A DNA stretch of 64,000 nucleotides, from assembly GCA_036679605.1 (NCBI GenBank), contig JAZDCZ010000419.1:1-64000 (forward strand), given 5' to 3'. Position numbers and translations under genes: made by a program. Of this stretch, positions 1 through 9,233 are shown in pieces. The notes beneath the pieces are model-generated. The model ran no database searches. It was not told the origin of the DNA and saw only the letters and a list, made by a program, of their open reading frames with translations. How positions within the stretch are numbered: position 1 is the first letter of the stretch; the number at the start of each line of letters is the position of its first letter. The stretch comes from Gemmatimonadota bacterium (lineage in GTDB: Bacteria > Gemmatimonadota > Gemmatimonadetes > Gemmatimonadales > GWC2-71-9).

Positions 1-1
1 G

Positions 2-1905
2 ATAGGGGTAGGGAGAACCGATTGGTTTCGGTCCCCCCTCCCTCCGAACCGGACGTGCGGTTCTACCGCATCCGGCTCTCCAGTTGGCGGTCTTACCCCT
101 CAAGAGGATTGACGGACCAAGCCATGGGCGGTAACTAGGGTGAACAGCCCATGCTCGGCAAAGAAGGTGTTCGGCCAGCGCTTATGATCTTGGCCATGGC
201 CCCGTCCATAACGACCAACGCGGCGACGCAGAATAGAGCGCAGGCGCATGCGGATCCATCCATCCACATTTCCAAAGCTGGTCCAGTGGCTGTACTGATA
301 GTAGCCGAACCAGCCCCGCAGCGTCCGATTCACATCTGCTATGATAAAACTCAGGCTGTGACCATTGGTCCGACGAGTCTTGGCCCGGATTACTTCTTTG
401 AGCTTAGCAATGCTCTGCTTCCGGGGCCAGCGTGTACGCCCTTGGAAATGGTACCCTAGGAAATCTACGCCATCGACTTCTACGTCGACGATGTCCGTCT
501 TCTCTGGATGCAGGGTAAGGCCAACCTCGACCGTCCACGCCCGCACCAGTTCCAATGCTGCCTCAGCCTCCGCTCGCGTCCGACACAGCACGACAAAGTC
601 ATCAGCATAACGCACCATCTGAAAGCCCCGCTCTGACATCAAATGATCGAGCGGATCGAGATACACGTTCGACAACAGTGGCGAGATGACGGCCCCTTGT
701 GGACTGCCACGTTGCGGCGTCCATCTGTGGAGACCATCTAACACACCTTGCTTGAGGAACATCTCGATAAGCGACAACACGCTGCCATCGCTCACTCTCT
801 CCCGGATACGCTCCAACAACCGACCGTGCGGAATAGTGTCGAAATAACTTTCCAGATCCGCATCCACAACGTAGCGATACCCCACCTTCACGAGCGCATC
901 GACGCGCCGTAGCGCATCCCTACATCCACGCCCTGGACGAAACCCGTAACTGTGTGTTGCAAAGTCCCGTTCGAAGATGGGTTCCAGTACGTTGCGAAGT
1001 GCGGCTTGCACCACCCGGTCCCGCACCGTTGGTATGCCGAGCGGTCGCTTGACCTTCCGGCCCGGTTTGGGTATCCACACACGGCGGACTGCCTGCGGAC
1101 GATACGTCTGTTTCCGTAACGCCTGCTCCAGCCGCTGCAGGTTACCATCCAAGTGGCGCGTGAAAGCTTTGATCGTCACGTGGTCTACGCCAGCAGCTCC
1201 CTTGTTGGCTGCTACTCGTTTGTGTGCCGCCAGCAAGTTCGCTCCTGAGTAAACCTTGTCAATCAGTCGAAACCACTTCCCTCCTTGCACTCCATGTTCC
1301 AGTGCCGTCAACATGCGGTTTGTCCAGACCGCCGGTTCGGTCCACCACCAGCGGGTGCGAACCTCTCCGTCGGGTCGAGTCCGGGCACGGCAATACCGCA
1401 CCCCAGACACTGCGCCCGGTTTTGCTTCCGATGATCTGGTCATCCCTCATCCACCTTCCTGCGTCCCTTCGCTCCACCGGCATTACCCGGCTTCAACGCT
1501 ACTATGGACGCTCTGACTCCTGAGTGGCCGGCTCTTCGGCGGCCTCGGCCAGCGCAGCGGCACCGGCTGTACGCGTATGAACTCCGTCCCTCTTGCCACC
1601 CAGGTCTCCCTGCTTCACGTGTCTGGCCTTCAGAGCATTCCGTCTCCAACCACCTGACCGACCCCTGACGCCGCTTTAACACACAACCCCTCAGCGCGAC
1701 AGGCTATTTCCGGGCTTCGCCCTGCTCGGGCAGGCTCGCCGGTCGGCCCGGCCGAATCGAGTTCGTCATCCTACGGACTGCTCCTTCATCTCCAGTTGCT
1801 TCCCACCCCCTTTCACAAGGACGCAGTTACTGTTGATTACAGGCCGGAGTGTGCATGCCTGGAGAGGACTCCCACCTCTCCGACCAAACACGCTCACAGG
1901 CGCAC
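2..1905 (-). mobile_element. Group II intron (ribozyme plus RT/maturase ORF), apparently full length
   Basis: The minus strand starts GTGCG at 1905. Domain V GAGCCGGATGCGGTAGAACCGCACGTCCGGTTC (46-78) has the AGC triad. Domain VI has a bulged A (CCCTACCCC) and ends in AT at position 2. The RT ORF lies immediately before domain V. Confidence 0.93.
100..1443 (-). CDS. ltrA: Group II intron reverse transcriptase/maturase, no En domain
   Basis: Motifs NKGAAGVD, IPKPG..RPLGIPTVRDRVVQ, SYGFRPGR, DADLESYFDTI, PQGAVISPLLSN, RYADDF, DFLGY and domain X (LRGWFGYY). Exact start uncertain. Confidence 0.95.
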   Translation of the reverse strand: MTRSSEAKPGAVSGVRYCRARTRPDGEVRTRWWWTEPAVWTNRMLTALEHGVQGGKWFRLIDKVYSGANLLAAHKRVAANKGAAGVDHVTIKAFTRHLDGNLQRLEQALRKQTYRPQAVRRVWIPKPGRKVKRPLGIPTVRDRVVQAALRNVLEPIFERDFATHSYGFRPGRGCRDALRRVDALVKVGYRYVVDADLESYFDTIPHGRLLERIRERVSDGSVLSLIEMFLKQGVLDGLHRWTPQRGSPQGAVISPLLSNVYLDPLDHLMSERGFQMVRYADDFVVLCRTRAEAEAALELVRAWTVEVGLTLHPEKTDIVDVEVDGVDFLGYHFQGRTRWPRKQSIAKLKEVIRAKTRRTNGHSLSFIIADVNRTLRGWFGYYQYSHWTSFGNVDGWIRMRLRSILRRRVGRYGRGHGQDHKRWPNTFFAEHGLFTLVTAHGLVRQSS

Positions 1906-2931
1906 CCGAGCCTTGATGTATTTCCTTAGCATCCTCGGGCCAACCTCCGCACCATAGATGTTACCGTCAGCATCGACCGCAACACCCTCGGCAGCACTCG
2001 TAGCGGAGTTGTCCGGGTCCCGTTCTGGGTCCGGAATAAACGCGGTCACGAAGCTGTCTCTGGCACTGCCGATGCGAATACCCCGCTTCCAGCCTGGGTT
2101 CCGCCTCGTGTTCGACTCGGAGTCTGCGGAATACAGAATGTCATTGGCGTCGATGAACAATCCGCTCGGCCGGCCAAACTGGGTCCAGGTGGCGAGATAA
2201 TTTCCATCCTGGTCAAAGATCTGAATCCGATTGTTATACCGATCGCCCACGAACAGACGGCCCTCGGAATCCATCGCCAACGCGTGCGGGTCGTGGAACT
2301 CATCGTTAGCGGATCCCGTCTTCCCCCAGGACTTGATGAACTTGCCGTCGCTCGAAAACTTGGCGATGCGGTTATCGTCGCCGCGGCCAAGATGCCCGAC
2401 GGCGACAAAAATGTCGCCATTTGGAGCGACGAGCACATCCGACGGGCCATGGAAGCTGTCCGGACCATCACCAGTACCACCGGGAGTACCTAGGGTCATC
2501 AACAGATCTCCGTCGGAGCTGAACTTGAAGACCTGATACCCCTTACCATCTTCTACTCCCGTGTCTGTCACCCACACGTTGCCGTCGCGATCCACATGGA
2601 TTCCGTGGGGCATCACAATTGAGCCAGCGCCGAAGCTCTTAAGGAGCTTGCCCGACTGATCGAACAACATGATCGGGTCGACGTCGTCCCTACCAGTGCA
2701 ACTGTTCTGACCGCACCTCTCGGCAACCCATATGTTGCCGGTCCCGTCGCCAGCGGGGTACACCGCACTCGTCGACCCCCAGGTTCTTCCAGTGGAAAGC
2801 TGTCCCCAAACTCCGGCGTGCTCGCCATAGGGATTGGGTGCGTGGTTTTGTGCGTGAGCCACCGCCACTGACATCGCCAAGACCACGACGCCTGCGATCA
2901 AAGTGAGTCCAATTCGAATGGAATATGACAT
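1894..2931 (-). CDS. Secreted NHL-repeat beta-propeller protein (peptidyl-alpha-hydroxyglycine lyase-like). The last codons and stop lie inside the intron.
   Basis: Signal peptide. Repeats PHGIHVDRDGNVWVTD, PHALAMDSEGRLFVGDRYNNRIQIFD. Confidence 0.85.
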   Translation of the reverse strand: MSYSIRIGLTLIAGVVVLAMSVAVAHAQNHAPNPYGEHAGVWGQLSTGRTWGSTSAVYPAGDGTGNIWVAERCGQNSCTGRDDVDPIMLFDQSGKLLKSFGAGSIVMPHGIHVDRDGNVWVTDTGVEDGKGYQVFKFSSDGDLLMTLGTPGGTGDGPDSFHGPSDVLVAPNGDIFVAVGHLGRGDDNRIAKFSSDGKFIKSWGKTGSANDEFHDPHALAMDSEGRLFVGDRYNNRIQIFDQDGNYLATWTQFGRPSGLFIDANDILYSADSESNTRRNPGWKRGIRIGSARDSFVTAFIPDPERDPDNSATSAAEGVAVDADGNIYGAEVGPRMLRKYIKARVRL

Positions 2932-2938
2932 CGTTACC

Positions 2939-4309
2939 TCACGTAAGAGGAATAACAGTTTCGGCCTTCCCGAATCGCCCTGATAGCCTGTGGAACACCC
3001 CGCGCAATAACCAGACAGCGCCGACGATAATCGCCAGCAACATCAACCATCGCATCACAACCACAACCAGCGCGACATCTAACGCGGGCCATGTAAACTG
3101 ATAATGTGCCAGCTTCGACCCCCGCTCGATCATCCAATGCCAACCGGTGTGTGCCAAGAGCGCCGACACGACAATCGTGCCCATCCGCTCGGCGACCAAT
3201 CGGCGGAACAGCAGCTCCAGTACCGGGATGGTAAGCAGAAGGACAAAAAGCTGACCGAACTCGACCCCCACATTGAACGACAGCAAGGAAGTTATCAAGT
3301 GCGACCCACCAAACTGCAGCGTCTCACTCAGGACGAAGGAGAAACCGAACCCGTGGATTAACCCAAACCCGAAGGCGATAAGCCATCGCCTTTGAAGCCT
3401 AGCTCCAAAGATGTTCTCCAGCGCCATGTAGACAATCGACAACGCTATCAACGTTTCGACCAGAGGAGGAAACCACAGAGTGCCGGGAGCGAGACCGGAC
3501 GCCGACGCGATCAGCGTGATCGAATGTGCAACGGTAAACGATGTCACGATGGGAACGAGCGCCCAGAATCGCCGGAACGGGACCACCAGACAGAGCAGGA
3601 AGAGCAGGTGGTCGAAGCCATCGAGTATATGGAAGAACCCCAACACGATGAATCGCCACGCGGCCTGATGCCATCTCGGATCGAGCCTTACCAAACCGGG
3701 ATCACCGGTGTACTGGAAGACACGCTCGGCACCGCCGGCGGGCAAGAACCGGAGCACCGTCATTGTACGCAACCCCAGATGCGACATGGCAGGATGGGTC
3801 GAGAAATCGGATCGGTCGGACGCGATTGAATATTCGAACACTACGTCGAGGAGCGCCTGTTCCCAGTACAGTTGTATGTTCTCGGGAAGCGAATCGCCGG
3901 TAATGTGCGTCAGAGCGTCGTCGTAGCTACCAAATGATCGATCGGACGGTAAAGAGACACGCGCCGCTACTATCCTGGGCTTGCCTAGCTGGACATCGCC
4001 CTCATAGAACTCGATGTAGTTTGCGATCCATAGCATCGCAGCGTCGCGAAGCATCGGTCGAGCGGCCGAGATATCCAAATACCCTGGACCGCGCTTTGGG
4101 AAATCGAAATCCCGCATTGCATTGAGCGGTGCACGAACTATCAGTCGAAGGAGTTGACCTTCCGGCTTCACGAACGCCCGTACCGTCACGTCACGCGGGA
4201 TGTCGTGCGCCAGTGGCTGGGACGGCATCGCGAGCATCACCGCGACCATCAGCGGAACTGCTAGGCGCGGCCGCAGTATGCTTTGCTTACTCGTTTTCAG
4301 CGATCTCAT
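2939..4309 (-). CDS. HupE/UreJ family membrane protein with periplasmic N-terminal domain
   Basis: Motifs GFFHILDGFDHLLFL, FTVAHSITL, FGLIHGFGF, FNVGVEFGQ. Start chosen at MRSLK. Confidence 0.85.
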   Translation of the reverse strand: MRSLKTSKQSILRPRLAVPLMVAVMLAMPSQPLAHDIPRDVTVRAFVKPEGQLLRLIVRAPLNAMRDFDFPKRGPGYLDISAARPMLRDAAMLWIANYIEFYEGDVQLGKPRIVAARVSLPSDRSFGSYDDALTHITGDSLPENIQLYWEQALLDVVFEYSIASDRSDFSTHPAMSHLGLRTMTVLRFLPAGGAERVFQYTGDPGLVRLDPRWHQAAWRFIVLGFFHILDGFDHLLFLLCLVVPFRRFWALVPIVTSFTVAHSITLIASASGLAPGTLWFPPLVETLIALSIVYMALENIFGARLQRRWLIAFGFGLIHGFGFSFVLSETLQFGGSHLITSLLSFNVGVEFGQLFVLLLTIPVLELLFRRLVAERMGTIVVSALLAHTGWHWMIERGSKLAHYQFTWPALDVALVVVVMRWLMLLAIIVGAVWLLRGVFHRLSGRFGKAETVIPLT

Positions 4310-4451
4310 TGTGTGATGGCCTCGTGCGGCTCGCGATTGCAAATGGCTCGATGCCTCGAATTACTGGACGTAGCAGAGAAAGATGCGTAGTCTACCTCGA
4401 TCTGGCGATGACTGCCGGGACGGGACCTCATTCCGACGACGGAGTTATGAC

Positions 4452-5636
4452 ATGAAGCCGCAACGCCATCTGCTTTTTGGAGCGTCACTCGTGGCCGTAA
4501 TTGCAACGCTAGGCTTCGGTTCGACCGCGCTCGAGCGGGCGGCCGACGCCGCTCAGGCCGTGGAAGCACCCATGTTCGAGGTAGATCCGCTGTGGCCGAA
4601 GCCGTTGCCAAACCATTGGGTCTTGGGTTCCGCCATCGGTGTGACCGTCGATTCGCGGGACCACGTCTGGATAGTTCACCGAGGAAACGGGAACGAAAGA
4701 ACCGAACTGGGTGCCGCGCAAAACCCTCCCACTGGTGAGTGCTGCATTCCGGCCCCGAACGTCCTCGAATTCGATCAAGCCGGCAACCTCGTCAGTTCTT
4801 GGGGCGGGCCGGGCGACGGTTACGACTGGCCGGAGTCGAACCACGGGATCACTGTCGATCATTTGGATAACCTTTGGATCGGCGGGAATGGCCAGAACGA
4901 CGCCCATATCCTGAAATTCGCCAGAGACGGAACGTTTCTAATGCAATTCGGCAGTCCCGGAAAGAGCGCCGGCAGCCACGACACAGAGAATTTCGGGAGG
5001 GTCGCCAAGATCGCGTTCGATGCAAGCGCCAACGAAGCGTATATCGCCGATGGTTACGGCAATAAACGCGTGGCCGTGATCGACATGGACACCGGCGAGT
5101 TCAAGCGGTATTGGGGCGCATACGGCAACGTGCCCAACGACAGTAACCTCGGGCGATATGACCCCAACGCTGCGATCGCTCAACAGTTCCGCAATCCCGT
5201 GCACTGCGCTGAGCCCACGAACGACGGATTGGTGTACGTATGCGATCGTCCGAACGACCGGGTACAGGTGTTCAGAAAAGACGGAACATTTGTAAAGGAA
5301 CTGATCGTCGCACCGGAGACGTTGGGTGACGGGTCCACGTGGGACATCGCATTCTCGAAAGATCCGGAACAGAAATTCATCTATCTCGCCGACGGCAAGA
5401 ACATGAAGGTCTATATCATCGAGCGGGCGACGATGGAAATATTGACTAGCTTCGGCGACGGCGGGCGACAGCCGGGTCAGTTCTTCGCCGTGCATAGCAT
5501 CGCCACTGATTCGAAGGGCAACATCTACACCACCGAGACGTACGAAGGGAAGCGTTTGCAGAAGTTCGTTTACAAGGGTCTAGGACCGGTCACAAAGAAG
5601 AACCAGGGAGTGGTCTGGCCGAAATCGTCGCGATAG
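4452..5636 (+). CDS. Secreted NHL-repeat beta-propeller protein
   Basis: FEVDPLWPKPLPNHW, YIADGYGNKRVAV, YVCDRPNDRVQVF, HSIATDSKGNIYTTE. GGAG upstream of ATG 4452. Confidence 0.85.
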   Translation: MKPQRHLLFGASLVAVIATLGFGSTALERAADAAQAVEAPMFEVDPLWPKPLPNHWVLGSAIGVTVDSRDHVWIVHRGNGNERTELGAAQNPPTGECCIPAPNVLEFDQAGNLVSSWGGPGDGYDWPESNHGITVDHLDNLWIGGNGQNDAHILKFARDGTFLMQFGSPGKSAGSHDTENFGRVAKIAFDASANEAYIADGYGNKRVAVIDMDTGEFKRYWGAYGNVPNDSNLGRYDPNAAIAQQFRNPVHCAEPTNDGLVYVCDRPNDRVQVFRKDGTFVKELIVAPETLGDGSTWDIAFSKDPEQKFIYLADGKNMKVYIIERATMEILTSFGDGGRQPGQFFAVHSIATDSKGNIYTTETYEGKRLQKFVYKGLGPVTKKNQGVVWPKSSR

Positions 5637-5639
5637 ATC

Positions 5640-5921
5640 TCAGCTAGACGCTGCGCTAGCCAAGAACCGTCTGGCAAGTTGCTCCACTCTTTCCTCCTGT
5701 CGCTCTTGGGCGCGTTTGAGAATTCGTTCGACGTGCGGCCGCAGCTTCTCCTCCCCCCATTTGTAGCCCGTCGCCAGCTCGGCGCTTCGCAAGTCGCCCT
5801 GATTCCACCCCTCGATGAGGGCCAACGCCGCAGCCTCATCGAACCCGGGGTCGTCGCGCTTGGGTAGGACGTATGTGGGCTCCCGGCCCTCAGCGTCCTC
5901 ATTGACGAAAGCTCTCGACAT
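5640..5921 (-). CDS. Small hypothetical protein with MSRAFVNED N-terminus
   Basis: 93-aa ORF filling the intergenic gap. The N-terminus resembles that of some GreA/GreB-like proteins. Confidence 0.65.
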   Translation of the reverse strand: MSRAFVNEDAEGREPTYVLPKRDDPGFDEAAALALIEGWNQGDLRSAELATGYKWGEEKLRPHVERILKRAQERQEERVEQLARRFLASAASS

Positions 5922-6013
5922 ATCTAATGGCTAATCAGTCGGGCAAGGCTTGCGCAACCTGGTCCGCACGGATCATTCTTTCTAGTCGTCGCCCCAACAA
6001 ATAGGAGGATAAT

Positions 6014-6664
6014 ATGACCAGGACACGATTTCTTCTTGCCGCATTGCCGCTGTCTTTCCTGGGCTCAAACTTGGCGCCTATGCAAGATGCCCCTATGAGT
6101 TTCTTCATCACAAGTGCCGGCCCCGGCAATGGAGCAGATCTCGGCGGCCTGGCCGGCGCCGACCGGCACTGCCAGATGCTGGCCGAAGCCGCGGGTTCCG
6201 AGAATCATACGTGGCACGCCTACCTCAGTACGATAGATTCCGACGGTAAGGCGGCAGTGAACGCTCGTGACCGCATCGGTCAAGGGCCGTGGCACAACGC
6301 GAAAGGTGTCACGATCGCAAAGAGCGTCGCCGACCTCCACAGTGACGGCAACAAGCTTACCAAGGAAACTCAACTCAACGAAAAGGGTGACGTGGTGAAC
6401 GGCAGGGGCGACCGCCCAAACATGCACGATATCATGACGGGCTCGAATCTCGATGGGACCTCGTTTACCGCTGACGGCTACACTAACTGCGACAACTGGA
6501 CCAGCAGCGGAGAGGGTAGCGCACGTGTCGGCCACCATGACCGCCAAGGAGGCGGCCAGAATCCCACATCGTGGAATTCCGCACACGGATCGAGGGGCTG
6601 CAGCCAGGAGAACCTGCAGGGCACCGGAGGCAACGGCTTCTACTACTGCTTCGCCATCAATTGA
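6014..6664 (+). CDS. Secreted lectin-like (endostatin/C-type lectin-like fold) protein
   Basis: AGGAGG RBS. GADLGGLAGADRHCQ, WHAYLS, NARDRIGQGPW, C-terminal FYYCFA. Confidence 0.75.
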   Translation: MTRTRFLLAALPLSFLGSNLAPMQDAPMSFFITSAGPGNGADLGGLAGADRHCQMLAEAAGSENHTWHAYLSTIDSDGKAAVNARDRIGQGPWHNAKGVTIAKSVADLHSDGNKLTKETQLNEKGDVVNGRGDRPNMHDIMTGSNLDGTSFTADGYTNCDNWTSSGEGSARVGHHDRQGGGQNPTSWNSAHGSRGCSQENLQGTGGNGFYYCFAIN

Positions 6665-6704
6665 GACGCTGACGGCGAAACAAGATAAGAGGGGCGAGAC
6701 ATGC

Positions 6705-6732
6705 GTCGGGGCGAGGCCTGCCTCGCCCCGAC
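6705..6732. repeat. REP-like palindrome between convergent genes
   Basis: GTCGGGGCGAGGC-CT-GCCTCGCCCCGAC is a perfect 13-bp stem, preceded by a partial copy (AGGGGCGAGACATGC). Confidence 0.7.
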
Positions 6733-6737
6733 TAACA

Positions 6738-8744
6738 TCAATCCGGCAGCGCCAACGCAACCAACTCCGCCGGATGCCCTGCCGCGGCAACCGCCAGCAC
6801 GATGTATTGCTTGCCGTCCTGCATGTACGACATGAACGCGGTGTTGGTAGTGGCCGGCAGGTCTATCCGCGCAATCTCTTTCCCCGTCATCTTATCCACT
6901 ACGTGGAGCAACGGCTCTTGCCTACGTCCCTCGCCATAGAAGAGGAGCGTCTTGGTCGTGAGGATGTCGGCGTGGGCATTCTTGCCCGTGTTCGGGAAGT
7001 CTAGACCTCTGAGTGCCGGGTGGTCCTTGATCGAGGCCGGTGTGTCACCGTTGGGAATGCGCCAGATATGTTCGCCGGTCTTCAAGTCGATGGCCGTAAT
7101 CGCTCCGTACGGCGGCTTCAGAATCGGCAACCCCTGCGGTCCTCTGATCCCGCCAGGACCGGTCGCCACATAGGTAGCCGAACTGACGCAGGGCTGCTCT
7201 GGGTCCGGGCATAGGTTGGATGGACGCGGCTGCGCTTCCGACCCTGGCACGAGAGAAATCACGCTGTGACCACGTTGGGATGCCACATAGAGGATTCCGG
7301 TCTCCGGATCGACCGATGACCCGCCTGGAATGTTGGCACCGCCGTTTGCACCCGGGGCATGGAACGCGCCCTTTGTACCGTCCGGCGCGTCGCGTAGTGA
7401 TGGAGGATTGAACCTCGGACCCAAGCGATACTCACCAGCCAGCTCCAGTGCCTGCGCCCTCAGTTCCGGTGTGAAGTCGATAAGGTCGTTTTCCGTGACT
7501 CCCTGAAGCTCGAACGCCGCCGGTTTTGTAACAAACGGTTGGGTCGGCGAGGTCCGCTCGCCCGGAGCGTCGGACTGTGGCACCGGCCGCTCCTCGATCG
7601 GCCACACCGGAACGCCGGTCTCTCGATTGAAGACGTAGGCCCAACCCTGTTTCGTGGTTTCGATCACCATGGGCACCAGGCGACCGTTCTGCATCACGTC
7701 CACTACCTTGGGTGCATTCGGATTATCGTAGTTCCAAATATCGTGGTGCACCATCTGGAAGTGCCACACGCGCTCTCCCGTCTGTGCATTGAGGGCGATG
7801 ATGCTCGTGCCGTAGAGGTTCTGGCCGAGCCTGTCTCCACCGTAGTAGTCGTTGGTTGGTGTATCCGTGGTGACGTACACAATGTCCCGCTTCGAGTCGG
7901 CCGACAGCGGCGCCCACGCCGAGATGTTCCCAGTGTACTTCCAGGAGTCGCCCTCCCAAGTGTCGTGGCCAAACTCACCTGGCTGAGGCACGACGTTGAA
8001 CCTCCAGATCATCTTGCCCGTCTTGGCGTCGTAGCCCCGAATGTGGCCCGGGATGTTCTCCGGCCTTCGCGGGTAGTAGCCCCGGTCGTGGGAGTTGCCC
8101 ACCACCACCACGCCGTTGACCACGATGGCGGCGGACGAGGCCGTGATGTCACCGGCGCCGAGCACCCCCCGATCCGGGTCAACCGCATAATCGCCAAGGC
8201 CCAAGTGCAAATCGACGATGCCGTTCAAACCAAAATACGGGATTGGATGTCCGGTTTCGGCATCCAGCGCCACGAGATAGTAGCCCGGCGTGATCAGGTA
8301 AATGACGCCCCGACCGTCCACCTCGGCGTAGGCCACTGCCTTGCCATAATTCTTCCGGGTTGAGGCCTCCCAGCGCGGATTGTCTTTCATGCGCCACATC
8401 CAGAGTGTCTCTCCCGTAGCGGGGTCGAGGGCAACTACGGCACGGCGCTGGCCGGCTACCGTATACAGTTTGTCACCAACCTTTATGGGAGTTGCCCTGT
8501 ATATGAAGTCGGGCTCGGGACCGTAGTTTGCAGCCTGCCATCGCCACGCAACTTCCAGGCTCGCAACATTCTCGGCGTTGATCTGATCGAGCGGCGAGTA
8601 ACGGCTACTTCCCTCATCGCCGCCCCAGTAATGCCACTCCCCGTTCTCAGTACCTTTCCGTTGGGACAACGCCGGGTCAGCCCAGCCTATTATCAATACT
8701 CCGACAATGGCGAGGACCGCCCCACTCCGTACCGTCGATATCAT
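6738..8744 (-). CDS. PQQ-dependent dehydrogenase (quinoprotein glucose dehydrogenase-like)
   Basis: SRYSPLDQIN, WHFQMVHHDIWNYD, PVWPIEERPVPQSD, KPPYGAITAIDL, GKQYIV. Signal peptide. Confidence 0.9.
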   Translation of the reverse strand: MISTVRSGAVLAIVGVLIIGWADPALSQRKGTENGEWHYWGGDEGSSRYSPLDQINAENVASLEVAWRWQAANYGPEPDFIYRATPIKVGDKLYTVAGQRRAVVALDPATGETLWMWRMKDNPRWEASTRKNYGKAVAYAEVDGRGVIYLITPGYYLVALDAETGHPIPYFGLNGIVDLHLGLGDYAVDPDRGVLGAGDITASSAAIVVNGVVVVGNSHDRGYYPRRPENIPGHIRGYDAKTGKMIWRFNVVPQPGEFGHDTWEGDSWKYTGNISAWAPLSADSKRDIVYVTTDTPTNDYYGGDRLGQNLYGTSIIALNAQTGERVWHFQMVHHDIWNYDNPNAPKVVDVMQNGRLVPMVIETTKQGWAYVFNRETGVPVWPIEERPVPQSDAPGERTSPTQPFVTKPAAFELQGVTENDLIDFTPELRAQALELAGEYRLGPRFNPPSLRDAPDGTKGAFHAPGANGGANIPGGSSVDPETGILYVASQRGHSVISLVPGSEAQPRPSNLCPDPEQPCVSSATYVATGPGGIRGPQGLPILKPPYGAITAIDLKTGEHIWRIPNGDTPASIKDHPALRGLDFPNTGKNAHADILTTKTLLFYGEGRRQEPLLHVVDKMTGKEIARIDLPATTNTAFMSYMQDGKQYIVLAVAAAGHPAELVALALPD

Positions 8745-9160
8745 TTTTTGCTCCGTTCAATGATGATCTTTCTAAGAATCTCAGTCTTTGCTCCAAGTAT
8801 CTCTTTCCCCGGGGGAACTCCGTTTAGCTCGAAGATATAGGCCAAAACATCGGCGTACTGCTGTGGCTTTAGGGCGCCGGGACGGTCCTCCGGCATACTC
8901 GTGCTAATCAAATCGTACAGGGCACCAACCGTAGCTCCGCTCCATGACTTGAGAAACGTTCCAATAAAGAAGTCCTGCATGTGGCAATTGGCGCATACCC
9001 TCTCATTGAGCGCCTCGCCGCGCCGTGCTTGTTCTTCGGTGTAGACTCCGTCTTGGATCGACTTCACCTCCGCCGTGTCTCCCTGTTGGGCCAACAACGA
9101 CCGCGACGTCAATATCAGCGTTGCAACGAGAAGCATCAGCCAGCTGCGGACGGTCTTCAT
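8741..9160 (-). CDS. Monoheme cytochrome c, probable electron acceptor of the PQQ enzyme
   Basis: CANCH heme motif, GVYTEEQARRG, SMPEDRPG. 4-nt overlap with the dehydrogenase gene. Confidence 0.9.
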   Translation of the reverse strand: MKTVRSWLMLLVATLILTSRSLLAQQGDTAEVKSIQDGVYTEEQARRGEALNERVCANCHMQDFFIGTFLKSWSGATVGALYDLISTSMPEDRPGALKPQQYADVLAYIFELNGVPPGKEILGAKTEILRKIIIERSKK

Positions 9161-9233
9161 CTACCTCAGAAATCTCCAGTTGCCATCATGTGAAGCTCAA
9201 ATATCCGACGCGGGTCGCGTCTTGTCCAATCGG

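Noticed and set aside
100..1443. RT as a retron, DGR or defence RT
   Set aside because: It has domain X and is flanked by clear group II intron 5' end, domain V and domain VI. I saw no TR/VR pair.
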